From Candidatus Saccharimonadales bacterium (GTDB lineage Bacteria; Patescibacteriota; Saccharimonadia; Saccharimonadales; JAYRRP01): a stretch of 64,000 bases of DNA. The stretch lies in the NCBI GenBank assembly GCA_041910055.1, contig JAYRRP010000004.1:67804-131803 (forward strand), in the 5' to 3' direction. Below are positions 21,818 through 32,477 of this stretch, piece by piece. The notes under the pieces were generated by a model that was given only the letters and a program-made list of their open reading frames with translations, ran no database searches and was not told where the DNA came from. Both the position numbers and the translations under genes were made by a program. How positions within the stretch are numbered: position 1 is the first letter of the stretch; every line of letters starts with the position of its first letter.

Positions 21818-22429
21818 GTGAAAGCATTTATCGGTCGAAAGATCGGCATGACAAATACAATAGATCAAACTGGCGCCGTGAAGGCATTGACTGTATTGGC
21901 AGCTGAACCTAACACTGTGACTGCCATAAAAGATATTGATAAAGATGGTTACCAGGCAGTGCAATTAGGTGTAGGCCAGAAACGTCTCAGTAAGGCATTG
22001 CAAGGCCAGTTTAAAGCCAGTAAGACAAGCCCTAAACATGTCAAAGAGTTCCGAGTGACCCAGATTGACAGCGAGCTTAAACTGGGGTCAACGTTATACG
22101 TCGAAGAAGTCTTTGAGGTCGGAGATATTGTGAAAGTAACTGGACAATCAAAGGGCAAAGGCTTTGCAGGCACCATTAAGCGCCATGGTTTTCACCGAGG
22201 GCGAAAAACCCACGGTGGCAGAAGTTACCGTCGCCCAGGTTCAATTGGCTCAATGTATCCACAAAAGATTTTTAAAGGCAAAAAAATGGCCGGTCAGATG
22301 GGTAGCACCAGAGTCACTGTCAAAAACCTACGAGTAGAATTAATTGATCGCGAGCTCGGTATCATTGGACTATCCGGCGCGATACCAGGTCCTCGAAAGG
22401 GCCTGGTTTTTATTAGGGGACAAGAATAA
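21818..22429 (+). CDS. rplC: 50S ribosomal protein L3
   Basis: GTG start giving 'VKAFIGRKIGMT...' (the ORF-track start at 21764 is probably too far upstream); conserved L3 blocks. Confidence 0.9.
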   Translation: MKAFIGRKIGMTNTIDQTGAVKALTVLAAEPNTVTAIKDIDKDGYQAVQLGVGQKRLSKALQGQFKASKTSPKHVKEFRVTQIDSELKLGSTLYVEEVFEVGDIVKVTGQSKGKGFAGTIKRHGFHRGRKTHGGRSYRRPGSIGSMYPQKIFKGKKMAGQMGSTRVTVKNLRVELIDRELGIIGLSGAIPGPRKGLVFIRGQE

Positions 22430-23094
22430 TGAGTGCTCCTACCTATACTAAAACGGGTAATAAAGCGACCGCTAACGTCAGGCTTCACAAAGATGTTTTT
22501 GATGTAGATATTAATAACCATGAATTACTAAAGCGTGCTTATGTTGCTTATCTTGCGAATGGCCGTCCGAACCTGGCAAAAGTGAAGACTCGCGGTGAAG
22601 TTCGTGGTGGTGGCAAAAAGCCATGGAGGCAGAAAGGAACAGGCCGAGCCCGCTTTGGTTCGAGCAGGAACCCAATCTGGAAAGGCGGCGGTATTACATT
22701 TGGCCCGACAGGAAATGAAAATTATACCCATAGCTTGCCAAAGAGCCTTAAACAACGAGCATTGCGGCAGGCATTATCTGTTGCTGCGAAAGATAATCGA
22801 ATCAAGATAGTTGAAAACTATGTTTCCATGGATGGTAAGACTAAGGATATGAGTAAATTCCTTGAGAAAATAGAAGCAAAAGGACAAATCTTAGCAGTTG
22901 TCAGCCAAAAAGATCCATCGAAAGAGCGGGCCACTCATAATATTCCACAATTATGGGTCGTGGCAGCACTTTATCTCAATGTTTTTGACGTACTGAATGC
23001 CGATACGATTATCATCAGCCGGGATGCGCTTACCATGATTGTTGACTGGTTAGGCGCCAAAAATATGACTACAACCAAGGGGACAAAAGAATGA
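22429..23094 (+). CDS. rplD: 50S ribosomal protein L4
   Basis: 221 aa; 'RGGGKKPWRQKGTGRAR' motif. Confidence 0.9.
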   Translation: MSAPTYTKTGNKATANVRLHKDVFDVDINNHELLKRAYVAYLANGRPNLAKVKTRGEVRGGGKKPWRQKGTGRARFGSSRNPIWKGGGITFGPTGNENYTHSLPKSLKQRALRQALSVAAKDNRIKIVENYVSMDGKTKDMSKFLEKIEAKGQILAVVSQKDPSKERATHNIPQLWVVAALYLNVFDVLNADTIIISRDALTMIVDWLGAKNMTTTKGTKE

Positions 23095-23462
23095 ATAAAG
23101 CACTAGTTTTGCGCCCCCGAATGAGTGAGAAAACTTATGCTTTAAGCAAAGAAGTTAATGTTTATGTATTTGAGGTGCCACTTTCACACAATAAACACGA
23201 AATTGCGAAAGCAGTAGCTTCACAATTTGAAGTCACGGTGACCGATGTAAGAGTAGTAGTACAAAAGGGCAAACAGAAGCAATCATACCGGAAGCGAAGT
23301 CGACCAGTAACAGGTCAACGGAAAACTATTAAAAAGGCTTACGTGACACTTAAATCCGGCGATTCTATCCCAGTTTTTGCAGCCATAGATGAAGCAGAAG
23401 AGAAGGCTGAAAAGGCAAAAGCTACGGCCGAAAAGCAGCCAAAGAAGGCTAAGGATAAGTGA
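23091..23462 (+). CDS. rplW: 50S ribosomal protein L23 (with K/A/E-rich C-terminal extension)
   Basis: 123 aa; L23 core plus ~25-aa charged tail. Confidence 0.9.
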   Translation: MNKALVLRPRMSEKTYALSKEVNVYVFEVPLSHNKHEIAKAVASQFEVTVTDVRVVVQKGKQKQSYRKRSRPVTGQRKTIKKAYVTLKSGDSIPVFAAIDEAEEKAEKAKATAEKQPKKAKDK

Positions 23463-24298
23463 TGGCAATAAAAAGCTATAAACCAACTACCCCAGGTAGA
23501 CGAGGTATGACCACACAGGACCTTGCTGGTATTACGTCCAAAAAACCGGTGCGTTCTTTGTTGAGACCAAAACGCCGTTCCAATGGTCGAAACAGCCAAG
23601 GACGCATTACAGTTCGTCATAAAGGTGGCGGAGCACGTAAATTTTATCGAGTGATGAACTTTAATCCTGCTGAGGGCTTATCAGCAGTGATCGAAGCGAT
23701 TGAATATGATCCAAACCGAACAGCACGAATCGCCCGCCTTAAGGATAATAACGGTAGCTATCATTATGTCTTAGCCGCTAAAGATATGCAGACTGGGCAA
23801 AAAGTAATGGTCGGTGCTGAAGCCTCAATTGAGCAGGGGAACCGTTTGCCACTAATCAATATTCCAATTGGTAGCTCTATATATGGTATTGAACTTCAGC
23901 CTGGCAAAGGTGCGCAATTAGTGCGCAGTGCCGGTAACAATGCTCAGCTTGTCGCCAAAGATGAAAAGTATGCACAGGTTCGCCTGCCGAGTGGAGAGGT
24001 ACGCCTGGTATTACTGAGCTGCCAAGCTAATCTCGGATCTATCGGTAATGAACAACACCAGAATATTAAAGTTGGTAAAGCAGGCCGTAACCGTCGGAAA
24101 GGTATCCGGCCGACTGTGCGTGGTGTGGTAATGAATGCAGCTGATCATCCGCATGGAGGCGGTGACGGCGGACGTCATGGTACCGCCAAGGATCCGCGTA
24201 CTCCGTGGGGTCAGAAGACGCTTGGTTATAAAACACGTCGCCGAAAGCATACTGATAAGTTTATTGTAAAGAACCGCCAATCGGCTAAAAGAAGGTAA
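23459..24298 (+). CDS. rplB: 50S ribosomal protein L2
   Basis: 279 aa; 'RHKGGGARKFYR', 'MNAADHPHGGG'-type motif. Confidence 0.95.
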   Translation: MMAIKSYKPTTPGRRGMTTQDLAGITSKKPVRSLLRPKRRSNGRNSQGRITVRHKGGGARKFYRVMNFNPAEGLSAVIEAIEYDPNRTARIARLKDNNGSYHYVLAAKDMQTGQKVMVGAEASIEQGNRLPLINIPIGSSIYGIELQPGKGAQLVRSAGNNAQLVAKDEKYAQVRLPSGEVRLVLLSCQANLGSIGNEQHQNIKVGKAGRNRRKGIRPTVRGVVMNAADHPHGGGDGGRHGTAKDPRTPWGQKTLGYKTRRRKHTDKFIVKNRQSAKRR

Positions 24299-24308
24299 AG
24301 GATAAATA

Positions 24309-24584
24309 ATGAGCCGTTCACTGAAAAAAGGACCATTTGTTGACCCGAAGCTTGCCAAGAAAATTAGTGCACTTGGCAGTGAAGACCGAACAATTGTAAA
24401 GACCTGGGCAAGGGCTTCTACTGTTGCACCTGAGTTTGTAGGACGTACGATAGCGGTTCACAATGGCAAAGTCCATGTACCAGTATTTGTTACCGAAAAC
24501 ATGGTTGGCCACAAACTAGGTGAGTTTGCACCAACGCGTAAATTCCGTTCACACGGGGGCAAGCTCGCGAAAGGGAAGAAATAA
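24309..24584 (+). CDS. rpsS: 30S ribosomal protein S19
   Basis: 91 aa; 'SLKKGPFVD', 'HNGK' blocks. Confidence 0.95.
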   Translation: MSRSLKKGPFVDPKLAKKISALGSEDRTIVKTWARASTVAPEFVGRTIAVHNGKVHVPVFVTENMVGHKLGEFAPTRKFRSHGGKLAKGKK

Positions 24585-24585
24585 T

Positions 24586-24987
24586 ATGAATAGGACTGCA
24601 TATGCAACCGCGAAAGGTGTCCGTCTGAGTCCTCGCAAAGTAGGGGTAGTTGCCTCTCTGGTGCGTGGCCAAACAGTTGAAGGAGCGTTAACGATTTTAC
24701 GCCATACACCACGGCGAGCAAATATAGCAGTCCAGAAGGTAATTGAAAGTGCGAAGGCAAATGCCGACTATAACCATCAAATTAAACCTGAAACTCTGAA
24801 AATTGTAGAAATTTCAGTTACATCAGGAGCTCGTCTGAAGAGGTTTCGGCCAGCTGCCCGGGGCCGTGCCCTGCCATACCAGAAACGCACCTCACATATC
24901 CGGGTCGTGGTTGATGGCGAAGTCCGTGCACCTAAGAAACCTGTTACGAAGACAAAATCTGCGCCCAAAGCAGGAGAAAGGGTATAA
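24586..24987 (+). CDS. rplV: 50S ribosomal protein L22
   Basis: Internal ATG at 24586 directly after the rpsS stop gives 'MNRTAYATAKGVRLSPRKV...'; the ORF-track start at 24520 overlaps rpsS and is rejected. Confidence 0.9.
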   Translation: MNRTAYATAKGVRLSPRKVGVVASLVRGQTVEGALTILRHTPRRANIAVQKVIESAKANADYNHQIKPETLKIVEISVTSGARLKRFRPAARGRALPYQKRTSHIRVVVDGEVRAPKKPVTKTKSAPKAGERV

Positions 24988-24989
24988 CC

Positions 24990-25619
24990 ATGGGCCAAAA
25001 GGTTAATCCAATCAGTATGCGTTTGCAGGTGAATAAAGATTGGCGAAGCAAATGGTTTGCAAACAAACGTGAGTATGCCACTTATCTTTCGCAAGATCTT
25101 GCTGTCAGGAAATTGATCCAATCTAAATTGGGATCACGCGCAGCGATCAACAAAGTTGATATCGAACGTTCACCCAACTTGGTAACCGTGACGGTAAGCA
25201 CCGCAAAAGCAGGCGTCGTTATTGGACGAGGGGGTAGCGGAGCGCAAGACCTAAAAACTGCTATTGAGAAAATATACGGGGTACCTGTTCGCCTGAATAT
25301 TGAAGAGGTAAAGAAGCCCGAATTATATGCAAAACTGGTGGCCGAGAATATCGCCTATCAATTGGAACGGCGTATTTCATTCCGTCGTGCCATTAAGGCT
25401 GCTTCTGCAAATACCATGAGAGCTGGCGCAAAAGGTATACGCATTGAAGTGTCTGGCCGTCTAAACGGAGCAGAAATGTCCCGTCGTGAGAAGGAAGTAG
25501 CTGGCAGTGTACCCCTGCACACTTTGCGCGCAGACATCGATTATGCGCAAATAGATGCGAGAACAGTAGCAGGTATTATTGGCGTGAAAGTGTGGATTTA
25601 TAAAGGTGAGGTGGTGTAA
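24990..25619 (+). CDS. rpsC: 30S ribosomal protein S3
   Basis: 209 aa; 'GQKVNP...R', KH domain. Confidence 0.95.
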   Translation: MGQKVNPISMRLQVNKDWRSKWFANKREYATYLSQDLAVRKLIQSKLGSRAAINKVDIERSPNLVTVTVSTAKAGVVIGRGGSGAQDLKTAIEKIYGVPVRLNIEEVKKPELYAKLVAENIAYQLERRISFRRAIKAASANTMRAGAKGIRIEVSGRLNGAEMSRREKEVAGSVPLHTLRADIDYAQIDARTVAGIIGVKVWIYKGEVV

Positions 25620-25624
25620 GTACT

Positions 25625-26038
25625 ATGTTGATGCCAAAGAAAACAAAGTACCGCAAGGTTCGGAAAGGACGGATTACTGGTGTTGCCAGTAGCGGCCGCA
25701 CTATTGCCTTCGGAGATTTTGCTTTGCAGTCTCAGGGTCAGGAACGAATTACTTCTCGCCAAATTGAAGCGGCTCGGCAAGCGATGACAAGACACATCAA
25801 GCGTGGTGGTAAAATTTGGATTCGCGTTTTCCCACACACCCCAGTAACTCGTAAGCCTCAAGACGTCAAGATGGGCAGCGGAAAGGGCAATCCAGAATTC
25901 TTTGTTGCCAAAGTCCGTCCTGGTACTATCTTGTTTGAAATGCAAGGGGTGGCTGAACCAGTTGCCCGTGAAGCAATGCGTTTGGCCGCACATAAGCTTC
26001 CGATTAAGACAAAGTTTTTGGCAAAGGAGGATATGTAA
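25625..26038 (+). CDS. rplP: 50S ribosomal protein L16
   Basis: 137 aa; '[14 protein letters not shown]' start. Confidence 0.95.
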   Translation: MLMPKKTKYRKVRKGRITGVASSGRTIAFGDFALQSQGQERITSRQIEAARQAMTRHIKRGGKIWIRVFPHTPVTRKPQDVKMGSGKGNPEFFVAKVRPGTILFEMQGVAEPVAREAMRLAAHKLPIKTKFLAKEDM

Positions 26039-26239
26039 ATGAAGATTGTAGAAATTCGCAAACTGTCTACATCAGAGCTTACTCTCCAAAGCACAAAATT
26101 ACGTGAAGAAATCAGCGAACTAAGACGCCGGATACATATGGGTGAAATGCAGAACGTTCGTATGATTCGTAATAAGAGAAAAGATCTTGCCCGTATGCTG
26201 ACAGTACTAAGCGAGCAACTTACCAAGGAGACATCATAA
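26039..26239 (+). CDS. rpmC: 50S ribosomal protein L29
   Basis: 66 aa; helical, conserved position. Confidence 0.85.
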   Translation: MKIVEIRKLSTSELTLQSTKLREEISELRRRIHMGEMQNVRMIRNKRKDLARMLTVLSEQLTKETS

Positions 26240-26553
26240 TGCCACGCCAGATTACAGGTATCGTTTCATCAGATAAAGGCAATAAGACAATCGTGGTAAG
26301 TGTCCACGCCCGAAAAACCCATCCGTTATATCGCAAACAGTACACCATAACGAAGAAGTTTATGGCGCATGATGAAAAGAATGAAGCTCAAGCTGGAGAC
26401 ACAGTGTCAATTATTGAATCAAAACCAATAAGTGCTAGGAAGCATTTTGTGCTTAGTAAGATTGAGCAGCGTGCTGCCATCCGCCAGAAAGACAGCGTAG
26501 AAACTTTGACAAAAGATGAAACGCAGAATGATGACCAGGGGAAAGCCAAATGA
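26239..26553 (+). CDS. rpsQ: 30S ribosomal protein S17
   Basis: 104 aa; 'GKTIVV...K.HPLY.K' block. Confidence 0.9.
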   Translation: MPRQITGIVSSDKGNKTIVVSVHARKTHPLYRKQYTITKKFMAHDEKNEAQAGDTVSIIESKPISARKHFVLSKIEQRAAIRQKDSVETLTKDETQNDDQGKAK

Positions 26554-26918
26554 TACAGCAAGAATCTAGGTTAATAGTGTGTGATAATAGCGGCGCCAAA
26601 GAAATACTTTGTATTCGTGTACTTGGTGGTACGCGTCGTCGTTATGCCCGAGTTGGTGATACAATTGTGGCTACAGTAAAACAGGCAAACCCCAGTGGCA
26701 ATGTGAAGAAAAAGTCGGTGGTGAGGGCAGTAGTAGTACGCGCCAAGCAACCAATAAAACGACGTGATGGATCAACTATTTCATTTGATGACAATGCAGC
26801 GGTGATCATAGGCGATGATAAACTGCCCAAAGCGACGAGAATTTTTGGGCCGGTCCCCCGTGAACTCCGTGACCTTGGCTATCATAAAATAATCAGTCTT
26901 GCCCCGGAGGTACTATAA
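26550..26918 (+). CDS. rplN: 50S ribosomal protein L14
   Basis: 122 aa; '[18 protein letters not shown]' start. Confidence 0.95.
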   Translation: MIQQESRLIVCDNSGAKEILCIRVLGGTRRRYARVGDTIVATVKQANPSGNVKKKSVVRAVVVRAKQPIKRRDGSTISFDDNAAVIIGDDKLPKATRIFGPVPRELRDLGYHKIISLAPEVL

Positions 26919-26919
26919 A

Positions 26920-27252
26920 ATGCCTCAAGTATACAAAATACGGCTCAAAAAGGGTGACACTGTCATTGTACGGTCCGGCAAAGATAAGGGAAAGACTGGT
27001 AAAGTTTTAGCAACCCATCCACAACTTAATAAAGTGACGGTTGAAGGGGTAAATTTGGTAAAACGTCATATAAAACCGGATAAACGAAATCCGCAAGGTG
27101 CAATTACTGAAAGCACAAAGCCTATTTGGGTGTCGAAAGTAAGTGTAGTTGACCCTACCAGCAAGAAACCTTCGCGGATTATCTATAAGTTTGATAAAGA
27201 TGGGAAAAAGATAAGACTGTATGCGAGAAGCGGCAAGGAGATTAAATCATGA
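26920..27252 (+). CDS. rplX: 50S ribosomal protein L24
   Basis: ATG at 26920 with GGAGG SD; KOW motif 'KKGDTVIVRSGKDKGKTG'. Confidence 0.9.
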   Translation: MPQVYKIRLKKGDTVIVRSGKDKGKTGKVLATHPQLNKVTVEGVNLVKRHIKPDKRNPQGAITESTKPIWVSKVSVVDPTSKKPSRIIYKFDKDGKKIRLYARSGKEIKS

Positions 27253-27845
27253 GTAGTGTCGCTACCGCAAAAAAACCGCAAACTGCACGTCTCAAGCGTC
27301 TTTATCACGATGAGGTAAAGAGACAACTGTTGACAGAGTTGAAGCTTAAGAATTTGCACCAAGTTCCTCATCTTGAGAAGATTGTTTTAAATGTTGGTTT
27401 GGGCAAGGCAAAAGATGATAAAAAACTTATCGAGGCCGCTGCTAATACCCTGACGAAAATATCAGGCCAAAAACCCATACCTACCGTTGCAAAAAAATCG
27501 ATTGCTTCATTTAAGCTGCGTGAAGGCAACCGTATTGGGTTGAAGGTCACCCTGCGCGATGAGCGAATGTATGAGTTCCTAGATCGATTTATTAATATTG
27601 TGCTTCCCAGGTTACGTGATTTTCACGGTGTAAGTTTGAAAGCATTTGATAAGTCGGGGAACTACAGTATTGGCATTAATGACCAGTCAGTATTTCCAGA
27701 GCTATCATTTAGCGAAACGACAACTGTTCATGGCTTACAAGTAGTATTAGTAGTACGTGCCAAATCTGCTGAACAAGCTCAGGCGCTACTTGAGAAATTT
27801 GGAATGCCGTTTGAGAAAACAGCTGCCACTAAAGGAGGCAAATAG
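27249..27845 (+). CDS. rplE: 50S ribosomal protein L5
   Basis: 198 aa; conserved L5 blocks. Confidence 0.95.
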   Translation: MSSVATAKKPQTARLKRLYHDEVKRQLLTELKLKNLHQVPHLEKIVLNVGLGKAKDDKKLIEAAANTLTKISGQKPIPTVAKKSIASFKLREGNRIGLKVTLRDERMYEFLDRFINIVLPRLRDFHGVSLKAFDKSGNYSIGINDQSVFPELSFSETTTVHGLQVVLVVRAKSAEQAQALLEKFGMPFEKTAATKGGK

Positions 27846-28115
27846 ATGGCTAAAAAATCAATCGTTGCACGTGATCAAAAACGACAAAAAATGATCGAAA
27901 AGTATGCTGCGAAGCGCGCTGAGTTAAAGGCCTTAGGTGACCATGATGCCTTACATCAATTACCACCCAATTCATCTCCCACGCGACGTAAGAATCGTTG
28001 CCAAGAGACTGGCCGACCGCGGGCTTATATGCGTACTTTCGGCTTAAGCCGCATTTCTTTTAGAGAGCATGCAAGCAAGGGTGAGATTCCGGGCGTAACT
28101 AAATCAAGTTGGTAG
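27846..28115 (+). CDS. rpsN: 30S ribosomal protein S14 (non-zinc form)
   Basis: 89 aa; '[33 protein letters not shown]' C-terminus; a single Cys, so not Zn-ribbon type. Confidence 0.9.
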   Translation: MAKKSIVARDQKRQKMIEKYAAKRAELKALGDHDALHQLPPNSSPTRRKNRCQETGRPRAYMRTFGLSRISFREHASKGEIPGVTKSSW

Positions 28116-28125
28116 AGGAGAGATT

Positions 28126-28527
28126 ATGACAAAAGTGACCACAGACCCAATCGCCGACATGCTTACCCGCATTCGTAATGCCTTATTGGTCCAAAAGGAA
28201 GAGATTGTGTTACCGCACTCTAAAGTAAAAGAAGCGGTAGCTACTATATTGCAGAAAAATAACTTTATTGATAAAGTAACCGTCAGCAACACCTCAGTTG
28301 GCAAAGATTTACACTTAGTGCTGATTAAACCCGGACAGAATTCCCATATTACCGAAATTGCTCGAATGAGTACTCCAGGACGTCGCCATTATGTGAACTC
28401 CAAAGAGATCCCTGTTATTAAACAGGGTCGAGGTATCGTCGTTATTTCTACATCTCAAGGCATGATGACGGGTGATGAAGCTCAGAAAAAGGGACTAGGC
28501 GGCGAATTAATTTGTAAGGTGTACTAG
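28126..28527 (+). CDS. rpsH: 30S ribosomal protein S8
   Basis: 133 aa; 'DPIADMLTRIRNA' start. Confidence 0.95.
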   Translation: MTKVTTDPIADMLTRIRNALLVQKEEIVLPHSKVKEAVATILQKNNFIDKVTVSNTSVGKDLHLVLIKPGQNSHITEIARMSTPGRRHYVNSKEIPVIKQGRGIVVISTSQGMMTGDEAQKKGLGGELICKVY

Positions 28528-28537
28528 ATTTAAGAAA

Positions 28538-29077
28538 ATGAGTAGAGTTGGCAAAATACCAGTTACATTACCAGACAATGTCGATGTGAGTATCGATAAA
28601 GAGCTGATTATTGCCAATGGCCCGAAAGGCCGGCTTGAACAGCAAATGCTAGCTGGCATTAAGGTTACTCAGCAAGACCGACAAATCGTTTTCACCAGAA
28701 AAAATGATGAGCCGGTCAATCGTGCTAATCACGGGCTGTTACGTGCCCTGGTTCAAAATATGGTAACAGGTGTTCAGAATGGCTTCCAGAAAAAACTAGA
28801 GATAAACGGAGTCGGCTATCGAGTAGCACTATCAGGTAATGAACTACGTTTGTCTCTAGGTTTTTCCCATCCAGTTACCTACCGCCTACCAGAAGGCATT
28901 ACTGCTAGTGTTGAGCAGAATATCATCACTATCAGCGGTATCAGTAAACAACAAGTGGGACAGGTGGCTGCTGAGATTCGCGCACTCAAGAAACCAGAAC
29001 CGTATAAAGGCAAGGGTATCAAGTATGTCGGCGAACGGATAATTCGAAAAAGTGGAAAGTCAGGTAAGGATAAGTAA
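28538..29077 (+). CDS. rplF: 50S ribosomal protein L6
   Basis: 179 aa; 'MSRVGK.P' start, duplicated domain. Confidence 0.95.
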   Translation: MSRVGKIPVTLPDNVDVSIDKELIIANGPKGRLEQQMLAGIKVTQQDRQIVFTRKNDEPVNRANHGLLRALVQNMVTGVQNGFQKKLEINGVGYRVALSGNELRLSLGFSHPVTYRLPEGITASVEQNIITISGISKQQVGQVAAEIRALKKPEPYKGKGIKYVGERIIRKSGKSGKDK

Positions 29078-29431
29078 ATGGATAGGTTACTTCATAAATA
29101 TACTGCCAAAAGTCTGCGGAAGAAGCGGATTAGGGCACGTCTGATGGGTACGACTGAAGTGCCGCGTCTGAGTGTTTATATTAGTAATAGGCACGTGTCA
29201 GCCCAGATTATTGACGATTCCATGCACCGAACACTGGCAGCAGTTACCACAGTTGGACAGAAGATGGAACCGTCAAAGATGAAGCAAGCCGAATGGGTAG
29301 GTACCCAAATAGCCCAACATGCGAAAAAAGCTGGAATCAAGAAGATAGTATTTGATCGCAACGGCAAACTATACCACGGAAGAGTAAAAGCGCTAGCTGA
29401 CGAAGCCAGGCGTGGAGGATTGGAGTTTTAA
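29078..29431 (+). CDS. rplR: 50S ribosomal protein L18
   Basis: 117 aa; conserved L18 C-terminal block 'GRVKALADEARRGGLEF'. Confidence 0.9.
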   Translation: MDRLLHKYTAKSLRKKRIRARLMGTTEVPRLSVYISNRHVSAQIIDDSMHRTLAAVTTVGQKMEPSKMKQAEWVGTQIAQHAKKAGIKKIVFDRNGKLYHGRVKALADEARRGGLEF

Positions 29432-29977
29432 ATGGCTGAACCGACAAAACCTGCCCGATTGAGTGGTGAAGAAAAGCAATTCGATGAACGCGTAGTTCAT
29501 ATCGATCGTGTCGCACGCGTGGTAAAGGGCGGTCGTCGTTTCCGTTTCCGTGCGTTAGTGGTTGTGGGTGACCCGAAAACAAACCGAGTAGGTGTAGGTT
29601 CAGCAAAGGGCGCTGATGTAACTGCAGCAGTTGCAAAAGCTGTAGATGTAGCGAAGAAGAACATGATATCAGTCCCCACTTATAAAGACACATTACCACA
29701 TGAAGTTACTACAAAAGTAAGTGGTGCACGGGTACTTATTAAACCAGCCAGCCCAGGTACTGGGCTGATTGCAGGCGGTGTGGTCAGAACTATCCTTGAA
29801 TCGGCCGGGCTTCATAATGCACTTAGTAAATCATTTGGCTCAACTAATAAGACTAATATTGCTTATGCCACTATAGAGGGGTTAAAGTCGGTTCGACCAG
29901 CTTCACAATGGATAACCAGACAAACTGCGCTAAAAAAAGAAGTGGTGAAACCAAAGAAAACGAGCGTTAAATCATGA
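29432..29977 (+). CDS. rpsE: 30S ribosomal protein S5
   Basis: 181 aa; 'VVKGGRRFRFRALVVVGD' block. Confidence 0.95.
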   Translation: MAEPTKPARLSGEEKQFDERVVHIDRVARVVKGGRRFRFRALVVVGDPKTNRVGVGSAKGADVTAAVAKAVDVAKKNMISVPTYKDTLPHEVTTKVSGARVLIKPASPGTGLIAGGVVRTILESAGLHNALSKSFGSTNKTNIAYATIEGLKSVRPASQWITRQTALKKEVVKPKKTSVKS

Positions 29978-30471
29978 AGTATCACGAACTTCAGCTTACC
30001 CACTCCCCAAAGAAGAAAACACGAGTTGGACGTGGTATTAGTGCTGGAAAGGGAAAAACCGCCGGCAGGGGTACAAAAGGGCAAAAATCGCGAAGCGGAT
30101 ACAGTCGGCGGCCTGGATTTGAAGGCGGACAGAATCCTCTTATGCAACGCTTCCCAAAGCTTCGTGGCTTCCACTCTAAGCACCAGAAACCGGAAATAGT
30201 ATTTACTGACCAACTGAATGGTCTCAGCACCAACGTTAATAATCATACATTGGCAGATAGTAAGCTAGTTTCAAGTGCGTATGTGAAAGTGACCATACTA
30301 AAACGTGGTGATGTGAAAAAAAAGGTGAGCGTTGAGTTACAAAAGGCTAGCGGTCAGGCCATAACACTTATTGAAAAAGCCGGCGGCACTTTTAAATCGG
30401 TGCCTCAGCTAAAGCGCCCGGCATCATCAAAAAAAACTAAAGCTACTTCTGCTCAAAAATCTAAAGAGTAG
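29974..30471 (+). CDS. rplO: 50S ribosomal protein L15
   Basis: 165 aa; 'RVGRGISAGKGKTAGRGTKGQKSRSG'; follows rpsE directly (no rpmD/L30 gene). Confidence 0.9.
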   Translation: MKYHELQLTHSPKKKTRVGRGISAGKGKTAGRGTKGQKSRSGYSRRPGFEGGQNPLMQRFPKLRGFHSKHQKPEIVFTDQLNGLSTNVNNHTLADSKLVSSAYVKVTILKRGDVKKKVSVELQKASGQAITLIEKAGGTFKSVPQLKRPASSKKTKATSAQKSKE

Positions 30472-30529
30472 TATTTTTGGCCACCAAAGCTTGCTATACT
30501 GAAAGGCAACTTATGGGAAATGAACTGAG

Positions 30530-32038
30530 ATGAGTTGGAAAACCATTTGGCGTTCGTTTAAAAACGCCGACATGCGTAAACGTATATTGGCAGTATTGGG
30601 TATGTTGCTGGTGTTTCGAATCTTCGCACATATTCCCGTACCCCTGAGCGACCCGAGTACCCTCAAGCAGATACTAGAAAACGTATTTAATTCCCAACAG
30701 GCGCCTCAGCTACTTAGTTTTATTAACGTACTATCTGGTGGTGCACTGGCCAACTTCTCTATTATGCTAGTTGGCTTAGGGCCATATATTAATGCCTCAA
30801 TTATTATGCAATTATTAACGAGGGCAATTCCGAAACTTGAGGCCCTTAATCAAGAGGGTGAGTACGGACGAAAGAAAATCAATCAATATACCAGAATATT
30901 GACCCTGCCGCTGGCTATTATTCAATCCATTGGTGCAATTTATCTGGTACGACAATCTGCCGCGAGCATCGGCGGTCTCGGTGACATTACCGCGAATGCC
31001 AATATCTGGCAGTGGGTTTTAATGATTTGTGCCATGACTGGCGGCTCAATGATACTCATGTGGCTTGGTGAGCTTATTACCGAACAGAACATCGGCAACG
31101 GAATCTCCTTGATAATTACGGTTGGGATTGTTAGCAGTCTGCCGAAAACCATTGTGAACCTTATAAATACCATCTCCGCTGGCGGTGAGCACAAATGGAC
31201 AATCTTCGGAAGGCAGCTACCCATTAATAAAGCCGGGGTGCTCTATTCACTGCTTATTCTGGCTATTGTCGTCGTGGTGACGATACTTATCGTGAAACTA
31301 AACGAAGCTTCAAGGAAAGTCACCGTCAATTATGCGAAACGTGTGCAAGGTAACCGAACCTATGGAGGCGTTACTACTGTTTTGCCTATTAAACTTATTA
31401 CTGCTGGCGTGGTACCAATTATATTTGCGGTGGCTTTTTTGAGTGTTCCGAGTTTTGTAGGACAAATTCTGTCAGGTGCATCAAGTGAGAAGCTTCAGAC
31501 AATTGGCCAACACTTGGTCAGACTGTTCCAAAGCCCAAGCGCCCAAAGTTTCCAGCAAGGTGGTTGGCAACCTTACTTATATCCAATCGTTTACTTCCTG
31601 CTTGTGGTGGTATTTACCTTTTTCTACACCAATATTGCTTTCAACGCGAAAGAAATTGCTGAAAACTTGCAGAAACAAGGTGGGTTTATTGCGAATGTCC
31701 GTTCTGGAAAGCAAACTGAACAATATCTCTCGAGAATGGTAAATAGACTCACCTTATTTGGATCTATTTCGCTAGGGCTTTTGGCAATTTTACCGATAAT
31801 TGGTCAGATTTTCCTCAAGACCAACATTACAATCGGTGGCACAAGCGTACTAATCTTGGTATCAGTTGCTCTTGAGACCCTGCGTCAAATAGAGTCTAGA
31901 GCCCTGATGGTAACGTATGACCAATACGAACAACCTGATTTTTACTATGATGTGTCAGTCCCGGCAGATGCAGCCACCGGTGGTCGCCGTTTGCGTATTT
32001 TGCCACGCCGCCGGAACCGCTCAGAAAACAAAAAATAA
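30530..32038 (+). CDS. secY: preprotein translocase subunit SecY
   Basis: 502 aa; 10 TM, conserved SecY blocks; basic C-terminal tail. Confidence 0.95.
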   Translation: MSWKTIWRSFKNADMRKRILAVLGMLLVFRIFAHIPVPLSDPSTLKQILENVFNSQQAPQLLSFINVLSGGALANFSIMLVGLGPYINASIIMQLLTRAIPKLEALNQEGEYGRKKINQYTRILTLPLAIIQSIGAIYLVRQSAASIGGLGDITANANIWQWVLMICAMTGGSMILMWLGELITEQNIGNGISLIITVGIVSSLPKTIVNLINTISAGGEHKWTIFGRQLPINKAGVLYSLLILAIVVVVTILIVKLNEASRKVTVNYAKRVQGNRTYGGVTTVLPIKLITAGVVPIIFAVAFLSVPSFVGQILSGASSEKLQTIGQHLVRLFQSPSAQSFQQGGWQPYLYPIVYFLLVVVFTFFYTNIAFNAKEIAENLQKQGGFIANVRSGKQTEQYLSRMVNRLTLFGSISLGLLAILPIIGQIFLKTNITIGGTSVLILVSVALETLRQIESRALMVTYDQYEQPDFYYDVSVPADAATGGRRLRILPRRRNRSENKK

Positions 32039-32092
32039 AAACCCTTTGCAACACCTTAGGGTTCCTGCTATAATAACGCAAGTTATATATTT

Positions 32093-32314
32093 ATGGCCGG
32101 GAATAAGGAAGTCATTGAGTTGGGCGGCACTATCGTAGAAACGCTGCCAGGGACACAATTTCGTGTCGAACTTGAAAATGGTCATCAAATAATAGCTCAT
32201 GTCGCAGGTAAAATGCGAAAACATTATATCCGGATTGTCCCCGGCGACAGCGTGACGGTTGAGTTGACCCCTTACGACCTTACGAAGGGAAGAATCACCT
32301 ATCGCAAATCATAA
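32093..32314 (+). CDS. infA: translation initiation factor IF-1
   Basis: 73 aa; S1-like OB fold, 'RVELENGH...AH..GKMRK..IRI..GD.V..E..PYD...GRI..R'. Confidence 0.9.
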   Translation: MAGNKEVIELGGTIVETLPGTQFRVELENGHQIIAHVAGKMRKHYIRIVPGDSVTVELTPYDLTKGRITYRKS

Positions 32315-32358
32315 ATTAAGCAGTGTGTTATGCACCAGCGAAGAGGAGCATGATCCGC

Positions 32359-32475
32359 ATGAAAGTGCGTGCAAGTGTAAAGAAAATTAGTCCTGATGAC
32401 AAAATCGTCCGCCGAAAAGGACGGGTATACGTCATTAACAAGATGAAGCCTAAGCATAAGCAAAGGCAGGGTTAA
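32359..32475 (+). CDS. rpmJ: 50S ribosomal protein L36
   Basis: Not in the ORF track (38 aa): '[38 protein letters not shown]'; AGGAG upstream; between infA and rpsM as expected. Confidence 0.85.
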   Translation: MKVRASVKKISPDDKIVRRKGRVYVINKMKPKHKQRQG

Positions 32476-32477
32476 AG

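Noticed and set aside
24520-24585. Upstream extension of rplV (ORF-track start at 24520)
   Set aside because: It would overlap rpsS by 65 nt; an internal ATG at 24586 immediately after the rpsS stop gives the canonical L22 N-terminus.
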